Shown: positions 28,628 through 38,015 of the stretch, piece by piece
Numbering within the stretch: the first letter of the stretch is position 1
Layout: each line of letters opens with the position of its first letter
Source: Candidatus Sulfomarinibacteraceae bacterium
Lineage (GTDB): Bacteria; Acidobacteriota; Thermoanaerobaculia; Thermoanaerobaculales; Sulfomarinibacteraceae
NCBI GenBank assembly: GCA_963796455.1
Contig: CAWCLO010000010.1
Coordinates: 320,001-384,000 of the forward strand
Reading direction: 5' to 3'
DNA: 64,000 nt
Notes under the pieces: model-generated
Seen by the model: the letters and a program-made list of their open reading frames with translations, nothing else
Databases searched by the model: none
Told to the model about the DNA's origin: nothing
Program-made: the position numbers and the translations under genes

Positions 28628-30172
28628 CAAGGGTATGTTCCCGTGTTTCTTGGCCGGCATGGTGTCTTTTTTGGTCTGCAGCACGGCAAATGCCGAAGCC
28701 AATTTGCGCCGCAACAGGCGGGGCATGATGACCTCGTCGATATAACCCCTCTCGGCAGCAACAAATGGGTTGGCGAAGAGCTTCTGGTACTCCTCGACGC
28801 GGGTGGCCCTCTCGGCCTCGGGATCATCGGCGGAAGCTATCTCGTTGCGGTAGAGAATGTTGACTGCGCCCTGCGGCCCCATGACAGCGATTTCGGCGGT
28901 GGGGAAGGCAAAGTTGAAATCGGTGCGAATGTGTTTCGAACCCATCACGCAGTAGGCTCCGCCATAGGCCTTGCGGGTGATGACCGTGACCTTTGGAACC
29001 GTCGCCTCGGCAAGGGCAAAGAGGAGTTTGGCGCCGTGGCGGATAATGCCACCCCACTCTTGTTCGGTTCCGGGCAGGAAGCCGGGAACGTCCTCGACAA
29101 TCCACAGGGGGATGTTGAAGGCATCACAGAATCTGACGAATCGAGCTCCCTTGACCGAAGCGTTGATATCGAGCACACCGGCGAGGTGGGCCGGTTGGTT
29201 GGCGATGACGCCGATCGGACGTCCACCGAGCCGCATGAAACCGACGACGATGTTTTTTGCATAGTGCTGGTGGACCTCGAGGAAATCGTCCTCGTCAGCC
29301 GCCCATCGGATCAACTTGGTGATGTCGTAGGGCTTGTTGGAATCGGTGGGAACAAAGTCGTCGAGTTCGGGAATTTCCCGATCGAGCGGGTCGTCGCTCT
29401 TTTTCACCGGCGGCCGCTCCGCATTGTTGGAGGGGAGGAAAGAAAGCAGCCGTCGAATCATCGCCAGACATTCGGTGTCGCCACCGGACGCAAAATGCGC
29501 GACCCCGGAGACCGCATTGTGGCTCATGGCCCCACCGAGTTTTTCCTTGGTCACTTCCTCGTGGGTCACGGTCTTGATGACATCGGGCCCGGTGACGAAC
29601 ATATACGAGCTGTCCTCGACCATGAAGACAAAATCTGTGATGGCCGGAGAATAGACCGCACCTCCGGCGCAGGGGCCCATGATGGCGGATATCTGGGGCA
29701 CAACGCCAGAGGCCAGGGTGTTGCGAAGAAAAATATCAGCATAGCCAGCGAGCGAGGCCACACCTTCCTGGATCCTCGCACCGCCCGAATCATTGAGTCC
29801 CACCACGGGCGCGCCAACCTTCATCGCCAGATCCATGATTTTGCAGATCTTGGCCGCATTGGCCTCTGACAGGGAGCCCCCGAAAACCGTGAAATCCTGG
29901 GCAAAGATGTAGACCGGTCGACCATCCACTCGTCCGTGACCGCCGACAACGCCGTCACCGGCGACCTTCTTTTTCTCCATCCCGAAGTCGGTGCAACCGT
30001 GCTCGACCAGGGCATCGGTCTCTTCGAAACTGCCCTCGTCGAGGAAAACCTCGACTCGTTCGCGGGCGGTCAGCTTGCCCTGTTGGTGCTGACGGTCGAT
30101 TTTGTCCTGGCCGCCTCCGGCCCGGTTCGCAGCCAGGCGCTCCTCCAATCGCGTCAAGACCTCACGGCTCAT
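28625..30172 (-). CDS. pccB: Propionyl/acyl-CoA carboxylase carboxyltransferase beta subunit
   Basis: [30 protein letters not shown] and KKHGNIPL motifs. Confidence 0.93.
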   Translation of the reverse strand: MSREVLTRLEERLAANRAGGGQDKIDRQHQQGKLTARERVEVFLDEGSFEETDALVEHGCTDFGMEKKKVAGDGVVGGHGRVDGRPVYIFAQDFTVFGGSLSEANAAKICKIMDLAMKVGAPVVGLNDSGGARIQEGVASLAGYADIFLRNTLASGVVPQISAIMGPCAGGAVYSPAITDFVFMVEDSSYMFVTGPDVIKTVTHEEVTKEKLGGAMSHNAVSGVAHFASGGDTECLAMIRRLLSFLPSNNAERPPVKKSDDPLDREIPELDDFVPTDSNKPYDITKLIRWAADEDDFLEVHQHYAKNIVVGFMRLGGRPIGVIANQPAHLAGVLDINASVKGARFVRFCDAFNIPLWIVEDVPGFLPGTEQEWGGIIRHGAKLLFALAEATVPKVTVITRKAYGGAYCVMGSKHIRTDFNFAFPTAEIAVMGPQGAVNILYRNEIASADDPEAERATRVEEYQKLFANPFVAAERGYIDEVIMPRLLRRKLASAFAVLQTKKDTMPAKKHGNIPL

Positions 30173-30315
30173 GGAGTCCTCCTTCGCTTGCAGGCATTCT
30201 ACTCTGCCTCATTCGAGGCACGCTGTCGCAAAAAATCCTCCGACCGATCGAGACGAGGTCTCGGACCGCCGTCCCCGCCGCCATATCCAGAGGCCGGCAC
30301 AGGTACCATGAATGA

Positions 30316-31614
30316 ATGCAACGGCCGTCCCACCCCGAAGCACCCGTTGATCCACGCTGGCTGCAACAGCTCAGCGAGGGCTGCGGCGATCTTCGCGGCG
30401 GTGGCGAGCGCTTCGAGGACCTGTACCTGGAGCAACGACTCGAGCTCCGAGCGGTCACATCCGCGGGTGAAACACACATCGAAGAATGCCGTACCGAAGG
30501 CGCCGCCGTTCGTTGGCGCGCTATTTCGAGGGCGGTCCTCAACGCCCGCACCGGTCTTTCCGGTCGTGCCATTGCCGAGTTGCTCGCTGATCACAGCGAC
30601 CACCCCATCACCCCGCAGGGCCGGCCGCTGCCTCCGCCCGATATGGATCCTCCGCGAGCATGGTTGGATTGGGCTCGGCAAGCCGCCGACCTCATGGCCC
30701 CCAACCCGTCGGTCATTCGCTACATCAGACGCCGGGCTGCGGTGGTTCGGCCGGGAGCGTGGGCCCCGATCTCGACGCCGTCCTGGGTGCGGGTCGAGCT
30801 CGGAGGCGAACACCCATCGGCTCTGCTCGCGGTTTGGCAGCACCCTTCACTCGGTGATTGGATGCGGCAACTCGTCGAAGCCCCTCCCCTCAAGGGATGG
30901 CGGCCGGAACCGGGGACCCAGCTGCCGGTCTGCCTGACGGAAGGCACCGCCGGCATCCTGGTCCACGAACTGATCGGCCACCTTGCCGAATCGGATGTGG
31001 TCGAGAATTCGTCGCCCCTGGCGGACCTGGATGGGGCGAATATCACCACACCGGCCATGGAAGTGGTGGATGATCCTCTCCGTTTCGATCTTGCCGGCGC
31101 ATTTGATTGTGATGACGAAGGGACCGCTGCCGCAGCACTCTCGATTGTCAGAGATGGTCGCTTCGAGCGTTTTCTCTGCGATCGGGCCGGCGGGCGACGA
31201 CTCGGCACCGAAGCCGGCAGGGGGCGACGTGCGACCTGGAGCCAACCCCCGGTTTCCCGCCTGTCGAATCTCATCGTCAAACCCGGGACGACCACGCCCG
31301 AGAAGCTGGAGGCGGCTCTGGATCACGGTCTGGTGGTGACCCGGCTCGGCGGAGCCACGATGGACCCGATTTCCTGCCGGACTGTCTTAAGGGTCGAGCG
31401 GGGTTGGGAGATTCGACGGGGCAGGAGACGACGCCCACTGCTCCCATTCGAACTGACAGGAAACGTGATGGAGGTCCTGGCAAACATCGACCCAACGCTG
31501 GGCGACGACGCGACCACGGATTGGCGTCTCGGTTGGTGTGTCAAGGACGGTCTGCCGATCGCCACGGGGTCCGAAGCACCAAGCCTCGTGGTCCATCGGC
31601 TCGAGGTGTTGTGA
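30316..31614 (+). CDS. tldD: TldD-like metalloprotease (divergent)
   Basis: HELIGH (HExxGH), DDEG and C-terminal GWCVKDG...P. Confidence 0.75.
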   Translation: MQRPSHPEAPVDPRWLQQLSEGCGDLRGGGERFEDLYLEQRLELRAVTSAGETHIEECRTEGAAVRWRAISRAVLNARTGLSGRAIAELLADHSDHPITPQGRPLPPPDMDPPRAWLDWARQAADLMAPNPSVIRYIRRRAAVVRPGAWAPISTPSWVRVELGGEHPSALLAVWQHPSLGDWMRQLVEAPPLKGWRPEPGTQLPVCLTEGTAGILVHELIGHLAESDVVENSSPLADLDGANITTPAMEVVDDPLRFDLAGAFDCDDEGTAAAALSIVRDGRFERFLCDRAGGRRLGTEAGRGRRATWSQPPVSRLSNLIVKPGTTTPEKLEAALDHGLVVTRLGGATMDPISCRTVLRVERGWEIRRGRRRRPLLPFELTGNVMEVLANIDPTLGDDATTDWRLGWCVKDGLPIATGSEAPSLVVHRLEVL

Positions 31615-32966
31615 TGGTGGCTCCCGATTATGCGGATCGTCTTCACGAGGCGGCAGCAGCCGCTCGAACAGAATTGGAAAACACACCGGTCGATCGCTGG
31701 GAGTTCTTTGCCAAGGCCTCGTTCACTCGTGAAGTCGAGGTTGCACCGGGTGGGCCCCTGGGAGTCATCCGGGTCGATGAGACCGGCGTCTCGGTGCGAA
31801 GTTGGCGCAACGGCCACGCCGGCTTTGCCGCCGCATCGGGTCTCGGCACCCAGGCCTCGAGGATCGCGGTCGAGGGGGCCCTTGCCGCCGAACACCCGCT
31901 CAGCGTCAATCCACTTCCTCCTCCACGGTTGCTTGGAACCAACGAAACGCCGCCGCCGAGGGCGATGCCTGCCACCGGTTGGGCAACCCACTTCGGGAAC
32001 GAACTGGCGCAGACCGTCAGCAACGTCGCCGGGAGTCATCTCAAACTGCGGCGCGCGATCATTTCGGAGGGCGCCTTCGCCTGGATTCTGGCGACCGACG
32101 ACGGCTGGGTGGCCCGCCACGAGGACACCAGCACCGCGATTCTGGTGGAAATCGATGTCGCCGGCGACCGTTTCGGAGTGTGGCGCGAGTGGTTGCATAT
32201 TCCCGATCCCGCCGATGTCGACGTGCAAGCGATCGCAGACCAGATATCCAACCGGGCGATGCTCACCAGATCCAGGGTCACAACCGACTCGGGTCTGCGC
32301 GATTTGATCTTCCACCCCGAGGTCAGCGCGCAACTTCTGGCCGCCATCTCACCTCTCTTCCTCGCCGGAGAGGCCAGCGATCGCGCGTTGCCGGCTTTGC
32401 TCGACAAACACGGGCAACTCGCGGCCCCGGCTCTGACAATCGTCGACGATCGAAGCGACCCGAGTGCTCCGATCACCGGCCCATGTGATGGTGAGGGGCT
32501 GCCTTCCAGTCGCACGCTGCTGCTCGACCAGGGGGTGCCGAGGCACCGATTGGCATCGTTTCGGGACGCCACCCGAAATGGAGATGTTCCGCGCGGTGGT
32601 GCCCTGAGGCTTTCATATCGAGATTATCCGGCAACCGGCATCGCCAATTTGATGGTTGACACCAGTGCCGGAATGCCGGCCGGCAAATTGCTCACTTCGG
32701 CCCGAAGAGCTCTCTATCTGCTGCGGCCGCTGGCCTCCTTTTCGTGCGACCCTGCGAGCGATAGCTACCGCATCATCGCTTCCGGAGTCTGGCTCGATGG
32801 GAGCGCCGTTCGTGGATGGCATCCAGTGGTGGAATTGCGCGGCAGCCTCGGCCGATTGCTGCGACGGATCGAGGCGGTCGGAACCGATCTTCGCTGGTTT
32901 CAGACCGAACACGGATGTGTCGGAGCGCCATCGCTCCTGGTTCGGCGTCAACCGGTCGTCGGGTAG
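31614..32966 (+). CDS. pmbA: PmbA/TldE-like partner subunit (divergent)
   Basis: DGEGLP and IEAVGTDL...GAPSLLV motifs; no HExxxH; translationally coupled to tldD. Confidence 0.7.
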   Translation: MVAPDYADRLHEAAAAARTELENTPVDRWEFFAKASFTREVEVAPGGPLGVIRVDETGVSVRSWRNGHAGFAAASGLGTQASRIAVEGALAAEHPLSVNPLPPPRLLGTNETPPPRAMPATGWATHFGNELAQTVSNVAGSHLKLRRAIISEGAFAWILATDDGWVARHEDTSTAILVEIDVAGDRFGVWREWLHIPDPADVDVQAIADQISNRAMLTRSRVTTDSGLRDLIFHPEVSAQLLAAISPLFLAGEASDRALPALLDKHGQLAAPALTIVDDRSDPSAPITGPCDGEGLPSSRTLLLDQGVPRHRLASFRDATRNGDVPRGGALRLSYRDYPATGIANLMVDTSAGMPAGKLLTSARRALYLLRPLASFSCDPASDSYRIIASGVWLDGSAVRGWHPVVELRGSLGRLLRRIEAVGTDLRWFQTEHGCVGAPSLLVRRQPVVG

Positions 32967-33029
32967 CCGGGCGTTCGAAACACTCTTGTCCAAGATTGAG
33001 TGTCGGACAGCGATCAGGGACAGCAGACA

Positions 33030-33057
33030 GCGTCAGCGACAGTGTCCAGCGGCAGCG
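33030..33057. repeat. Left arm of a 28-bp inverted repeat flanking the four-helix-bundle gene
   Basis: GCGTCAGCGACAGTGTCCAGCGGCAGCG matches the reverse complement of 33643-33670 at 26/28, with a perfect 18-bp core. Confidence 0.9.
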
Positions 33058-33064
33058 GCAGCGG

Positions 33065-33113
33065 CAGGGATCAGGGATCAGGGATCAGGGATCAGGGATC
33101 AGTATTCAGCGAT
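33065..33113. repeat. Tandem heptamer (CAGGGAT)5 plus degenerate copies
   Basis: Five perfect copies at 33065-33099, then CAGTATT and CAGCGAT; preceded by CAGCGG-like hexamers. Confidence 0.95.
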
Positions 33114-33175
33114 CGGCGGCAGCGATCAGGTACCGCGACGGCGTGGCCACCTCCGGGTCGTTCAAAAGAAGGGGT

Positions 33176-33246
33176 AGCCGGTGGGCGGCCGATGTCAAGG
33201 ACAGGCAGGGTGCAGGGCATCCTTGACATCGGCCACCACACCGGCT
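33176..33246. other. Long hairpin upstream of the four-helix-bundle gene
   Basis: Perfect 15-bp stem GGCCGATGTCAAGGA (33187-33201)/TCCTTGACATCGGCC (33220-33234), extended by AGCCGGTG/CACCGGCT. Confidence 0.85.
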
Positions 33247-33280
33247 TGTGGGTATGGGCATGAACGACCCGGAGGTGACC

Positions 33281-33634
33281 ATGTCCTCAGCCGCCACGAA
33301 CACCAACCTCGTTGCCCACTCGAAAGCACTTGAAGCAGCAGGAATCGCGATCAAACTCGTGATGAGAGTTCCCGCTCCGCTGAAATCGATAGCCGATCAG
33401 GTAGTCCGATCGGCGAGTTCAGTCCCTGCGAACCTGGCAGAAGGGCACGGCCGCTTCGGTAGAGACCGATCGAACCACTGGAGGATCGCCTACGCCTCGG
33501 CCAAAGAGGTCGACAGCCACTTGCAGCTCCTCGCCCACGCCGGGGCGATCAGCCCGAACGGAGCCGGTGAAGCGATGAACGCCTTCGATCAAGTCCGTGC
33601 GATGACCTGGCGACTGTTGAACCCGAAAACCTAA
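33281..33634 (+). CDS. Four-helix-bundle protein (23S rRNA intervening-sequence protein / Avd-like family)
   Basis: DQVVRSASSVPANLAEG...IAYASAKEVDSHL signature; SD GGAGG. Confidence 0.9.
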   Translation: MSSAATNTNLVAHSKALEAAGIAIKLVMRVPAPLKSIADQVVRSASSVPANLAEGHGRFGRDRSNHWRIAYASAKEVDSHLQLLAHAGAISPNGAGEAMNAFDQVRAMTWRLLNPKT

Positions 33635-33642
33635 GTGCTGTT

Positions 33643-33705
33643 CGCTGACGCTGGACACTGTCGCTGCCGCCGCCTTTCGGGATCGGGATCGGGATCGGGA
33701 TCGGG
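33643..33705. repeat. Right arm of the 28-bp inverted repeat followed by a tandem hexamer (TCGGGA)4+
   Basis: CGCTGACGCTGGACACTGTCGCTGCCGC (33643-33670); TCGGGA x4 plus TCGGG at 33677-33705. Confidence 0.9.
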
Positions 33706-33908
33706 CCACCGCGAACTGGATAGGCCAAAAACCAACCCGTAAATCTCGTGCTGCCAATCGGGCGACCTAAAAAGACCATTTATATTGGACAACTGTGAGT
33801 TCAAATTTCAATCCGGGATTGCAGCCATGCTCCTCGGGTCAGGATCAAAATGACATTTTGTGTTAATTTGTGCTCTTGTTGGCGAAATAACGCGCCACAG
33901 GAGGTCTG

Positions 33909-34982
33909 ATGGAAGTCGGAATCTTGGGTTTGGCGGCGAGCGGCAAATCCACCCTTTTCACGCTGCTCACCGGTCAAAAACCAGCCGCAACTGCACGTCG
34001 CGATGCGGTTCAAATCGGTGTCGCCAGGGTGCCCGACCCCCGTCTCGAGGCCCTGGCAAAACTCTACAACCCTGAAAAAAACACCCCGGCGACCGTCCGC
34101 TACGTCGATGTGCCGGGTATCCCGGAGGAGCACCGCCGGGACTCGAGTTTCAACCTCCCCGAACTTCGGAACACCGATGCCCTGATGGTCGTTCTGCGTG
34201 CCTTTGACGACGGGTCGGTTCCCCACCCGATGGGCAACATCGATGCATTGCGCGATCTCAAACACATCGAGGACGAGTTCATTCTCCAGGACCAGATGGT
34301 GATCGAGCGCCGCCTCGAACGATTGGAGCGTGATCTCCGGACGCGCAAGGTCCCCGATTTGCTGCGCGAAAAAGAACTGCTCGAACGTTGTCTCGCGATC
34401 GTCGAAGACGAGCGCCCGCTCCGCGCTGAAAGCTTCAGTGATGATGAACAGAAAATTCTGCGGGGATTCACCTTCCTATCGCGAAAGCCGATGCTGGTCG
34501 TGCTCAACGTGAGCGAGGATCGCCTCGCAGAGGATCCCTTTACCCAAGACGGCTGGGCGATGTGGAACGATCGCGGCGAAACAGCCTTCACCCGGGTCTG
34601 CGCCACCCTCGAGCACGAACTGGCCGAACTCGAAGACCAGGACGCAGAGGAATTGATGCAAGAATTCGGCATCAAGGATCGAGCCCTCGATCGTGTCATT
34701 CGCGAGTCCTATCGCCTGCTTGGTTCGATCTCGTTCTTCACTGTCGGCGAAGACGAGTGCCGGGCATGGTCTGTTCGCACCGACACCCCGGCGGTGGAAG
34801 CGGGCGGGGTCATCCATTCGGACATCCAACGTGGTTTCATTCGTGCCGAGGTGGTGCCCTTCGACGACCTCATCGAGGCCGGTTCACTGGCTGTCTGTCG
34901 GCAACAGGGGACCCTTCGCCTCGAGGGCAAGACCTATCCGGTTCAGGACGGAGAGGTCGTTCACTTCAGATTCAACGTCTGA
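33909..34982 (+). CDS. ychF: Redox-regulated ATPase YchF
   Basis: GLAASGKSTLF, VPDPRL, IHSDIQRGFIRAEV, RLEGKTYPVQDGE and FRFNV motifs. Confidence 0.93.
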   Translation: MEVGILGLAASGKSTLFTLLTGQKPAATARRDAVQIGVARVPDPRLEALAKLYNPEKNTPATVRYVDVPGIPEEHRRDSSFNLPELRNTDALMVVLRAFDDGSVPHPMGNIDALRDLKHIEDEFILQDQMVIERRLERLERDLRTRKVPDLLREKELLERCLAIVEDERPLRAESFSDDEQKILRGFTFLSRKPMLVVLNVSEDRLAEDPFTQDGWAMWNDRGETAFTRVCATLEHELAELEDQDAEELMQEFGIKDRALDRVIRESYRLLGSISFFTVGEDECRAWSVRTDTPAVEAGGVIHSDIQRGFIRAEVVPFDDLIEAGSLAVCRQQGTLRLEGKTYPVQDGEVVHFRFNV

Positions 34983-34988
34983 GGATGG

Positions 34989-35954
34989 TCAAACGAGGGC
35001 CTCGACAAGCCAACGACTGATCAACCCGCCTGGCGCGAGACTGGCTTCATTCGAGACACTGCCGACCGGTGGCGCCGCCTGGGGCACATTTTGATCTTGT
35101 TGGTCCGTCACCGGCGGCAGCGCCGTTCCGTACGGCGTCGTCGACCGGGTCGGTGCGCGACGGGCGGGAATCGAACGCGGTGGAGCCTTCGGCACCGGAG
35201 TCGGGGCCGGAACCGAATCGGCCGTTGTCATTTCTTCCGCCTGATTGATCGTCGAGGACACCGGCTCTTGCTCGAGCGGGGTGGACTGAGGTATGTCAGG
35301 AGGCGCCGGCGGTTCGTACTTTTGTTCGATCTGGCCGACCTTCTCCGGCTCCAGGTACTCGATTGGCAGCGCATCCACGAAGCTGCGCTGATCATATGAA
35401 TAGAGATTAGCACCGAGGATCAGTCGGGAATTCAGAACCTCGGGGTTGACCATTGGATCGGCCAACTCCGGCGCCGACTCGAGTGCACGCTCGTAGTAAA
35501 GCATTGCGTTGGAACCGTGTCCCATCTGCTCCTCGAGCAGACCCAGGTAGAAGTTGCACCATCCGTGACCCACCTGTTGTTTGAGGCACCGGCGGTAGGC
35601 TTGGCGGGCATTGTCGAGCTCTCCCTGGCTGTGTTCCACCAGACCGATCCGGAACCACGCCTCGAAAAGATTGCTGTCGAGCTTGAGCGCCCGCCGGTAC
35701 ATTTTCACAGCATCCTTGGGCCAGCCGCGATAAAAGAGCATGGTCCCGAGATCCACCAACTCCGGTGCGGCAAGTTCACTGTTCTCGGCACGCTCCCAGT
35801 ACTCCCGAATCGTTTCGTCTCCCGGGTCGTCCGGAACCAGCCATCGGACAAAGATCGGATCATCACCGGCTGCGGTGGGAGTTCCGACGGCTCCAATCAA
35901 CAAAACCACGATCAACAATGAGCCCCGGCGGGCCGAACCCGATTCAAAAACCAT
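34989..35954 (-). CDS. Secreted TPR protein with a Pro/Thr-rich tail
   Basis: Signal-like segment; TPR helices (AVKMYRRALKLD, AWFRIGLV, ARQAYRRCL). Confidence 0.8.
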   Translation of the reverse strand: MVFESGSARRGSLLIVVLLIGAVGTPTAAGDDPIFVRWLVPDDPGDETIREYWERAENSELAAPELVDLGTMLFYRGWPKDAVKMYRRALKLDSNLFEAWFRIGLVEHSQGELDNARQAYRRCLKQQVGHGWCNFYLGLLEEQMGHGSNAMLYYERALESAPELADPMVNPEVLNSRLILGANLYSYDQRSFVDALPIEYLEPEKVGQIEQKYEPPAPPDIPQSTPLEQEPVSSTINQAEEMTTADSVPAPTPVPKAPPRSIPARRAPTRSTTPYGTALPPVTDQQDQNVPQAAPPVGSVSNEASLAPGGLISRWLVEALV

Positions 35955-35961
35955 TCGCTGG

Positions 35962-36546
35962 CTACTTCCTTTTCTTGTTCTTGCGCGCAACGACCCTGAC
36001 ATTACCATCCTCGACCCGCACCTCGAATCGAACGGACTGTCCGAGACGCTCTTCGATTCGTAGCTTTTGCAGAGCGATCTGTTCCTCAAAGGTGCTGCGA
36101 TCAACCCCAACAGTCAGACCCTGTTCGGCCTTGGCAGCGGTGTAGCGGTCAAAGAGCGCGTCGCTCTTATCAGAGTCTACGGACGGTGGCGAAGGGACGT
36201 TTGCAATCTCTTGCGCCCGGAGCTCTGGATTGGTGTGGCCCTGAGCCGTCCGGCCTTCTTCACGCAAACGCAACATGCGTTCCCAGTTCATCGAATAGGT
36301 CATGAAACGGTGCTGCAACTGTTCGATTCGAAACTGCTCGGCCCGACGGTGCACGGTCTGTTCGGACAACTGCCGGATCCGGCGGCTGATGCGTTCGCGC
36401 TCGATCTGTGGCGGCACCTTTTCCACCCCCGAAAAGAATCGCTCCCATTTGCGGATGTGCTGCTGCAAGGTCGTTTCGAGCACCGCAATTTTTTCAGCCA
36501 GCTCCATGGAACACTCCCGAAATACCTGTTCTGATTCCGCCTTCAT
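35962..36546 (-). CDS. Hypothetical protein resembling the MXAN_5187 C-terminal-domain family; start uncertain
   Basis: WERFFSGVEKVPP, LFDRYTAAK and VRFEVRVEDGNVRVVA patterns. Confidence 0.6.
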   Translation of the reverse strand: MKAESEQVFRECSMELAEKIAVLETTLQQHIRKWERFFSGVEKVPPQIERERISRRIRQLSEQTVHRRAEQFRIEQLQHRFMTYSMNWERMLRLREEGRTAQGHTNPELRAQEIANVPSPPSVDSDKSDALFDRYTAAKAEQGLTVGVDRSTFEEQIALQKLRIEERLGQSVRFEVRVEDGNVRVVARKNKKRK

Positions 36547-36626
36547 CCCGATTATCTCACCGGGAACGGATCTCCGACACCCCTTCCGACGGATAACGCC
36601 GCTCATACCAGGTTAGAATACCCGCC

Positions 36627-38015
36627 GTGGAAACTGATCTGAGACGTATCCCGGCGATTCATCGCCTCCTCGATCTGCCTGCACTCCAGGCAGCGATCGA
36701 AGAACACGGCCACGACCCTGTCATGGAGGCGTGCCGCAGCATCGTTGATCGACTGCGTCACCGCGCCGGGACAGGCGAATTGACGGGATCCGATTTTGTC
36801 GCCGCCATCGACGCACTCGAGGGTGAAATACTCGCAGCAGTCAGCAGTGACGGCGGATCGCCGTATCCGGCAGTGATCAACGCCACCGGGGTGCTCCTGC
36901 ACACCAATCTCGGCCGCGCACCGCTCGGTGGGCTCTCACCAGACTCCCTGAGATCATATCTCGCTCTGGAGTACGACATCGCTTCCGGAGGGCGCGGGCA
37001 ACGATTGGCGCCGATCGCCGACCGTATCGCCCGGGTCTGCGGCGCTCCCGCGGCCGTCATGGTCAACAACAACGCCGCAGCTCTGTTCCTGATATTGAAA
37101 GCCCATACCGACGACCGTGAGGTCGTGGTGTCCCGCGGTCAGTTGATCGAGATCGGGGGGTCCTTCCGTCTACCCGATGTCATCGCATCGGCCGGCACCC
37201 GATTGATCGAGGTCGGTTGTACGAATCGGACCCATCTCCGTGACTACGCTTCGGCCATCGGTGAGCGGACGGCCGCCTTGCTCCTCGCCCATCAATCGAA
37301 TTTCCGCGTGGTTGGTTTTACGACCGAACCATCCGTGGGCGAACTCGCCGAATTGGCGCACTCCCACGATCTTCCGCTGATCGTCGACCAGGGCTCCGGT
37401 GCGATGCACGATCTTCGCCGCTGGGGCCTGCCGCCCGAGGAGACCGTCACCGAATTGCTCGAGGCCGGCGCGGACATCGTCTGTTTTTCCGGAGACAAGC
37501 TCCTCGGCGGGCCGCAGGCGGGACTCATCGTCGGCAGCGAGGAGTGGGTTGCGCCGCTCGCTCGACACCCCCTGTATCGCGCCCTCCGGCCGGACAAGAC
37601 GGCCCTGGTGATGATGGACGAAGTGCTTCGTGCACACCGCAGCGGCAGGCTCGAGAAGATCCCACTTTATGCGCTGCTCGAGATCCCGGTCGAGGCGCTC
37701 AAAGACCGTGCGAAACGCTTGGCGGCAGGACTGGAATCCGAAGGCGTGCCGGCTCGTGGCCGAGCCACCCGCGCCGCTCTCGGCGGCGGCACCACACCGG
37801 AAGAGACTCTGGCGAGCTACGGGTTGGCAGTCGCCGGTGGCCAGGGTCTCGCCGATCGCCTGCGATCGACACAGCCGCCGGTGATCGCCCGAATCGAGGA
37901 CGATGAGGTGGTGCTCGACCTCCGAACGGTCCCGTCCGAGGACGATCGGGCTCTCGAGGCTGCTGTGATTGAAGCCTACAAAGGACTTGCGGCAAGCCAG
38001 GACTCCGGAGCATAG
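36627..38015 (+). CDS. selA: L-seryl-tRNA(Sec) selenium transferase
   Basis: VINATGVLLHTNLGRAPL, VNNNAAA, SRGQLIEIGGSFRLP and FSGDKLLGGPQAG motifs. Confidence 0.95.
   Translation: METDLRRIPAIHRLLDLPALQAAIEEHGHDPVMEACRSIVDRLRHRAGTGELTGSDFVAAIDALEGEILAAVSSDGGSPYPAVINATGVLLHTNLGRAPLGGLSPDSLRSYLALEYDIASGGRGQRLAPIADRIARVCGAPAAVMVNNNAAALFLILKAHTDDREVVVSRGQLIEIGGSFRLPDVIASAGTRLIEVGCTNRTHLRDYASAIGERTAALLLAHQSNFRVVGFTTEPSVGELAELAHSHDLPLIVDQGSGAMHDLRRWGLPPEETVTELLEAGADIVCFSGDKLLGGPQAGLIVGSEEWVAPLARHPLYRALRPDKTALVMMDEVLRAHRSGRLEKIPLYALLEIPVEALKDRAKRLAAGLESEGVPARGRATRAALGGGTTPEETLASYGLAVAGGQGLADRLRSTQPPVIARIEDDEVVLDLRTVPSEDDRALEAAVIEAYKGLAASQDSGA

Noticed and set aside
33000..33263. ORFs reading GSGIRDQGSGIRDQ, and PIPIPIP/SRSRSR near 33680
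   Set aside because: These are translations of the heptamer and hexamer tandem repeats, not credible proteins.
33006..33705. Possible CRISPR array, DGR or 23S rRNA intervening sequence
   Set aside because: The repeats are 6-7-bp tandem units without spacers. No cas gene, reverse transcriptase, TR/VR pair or rRNA sequence was seen in the window.
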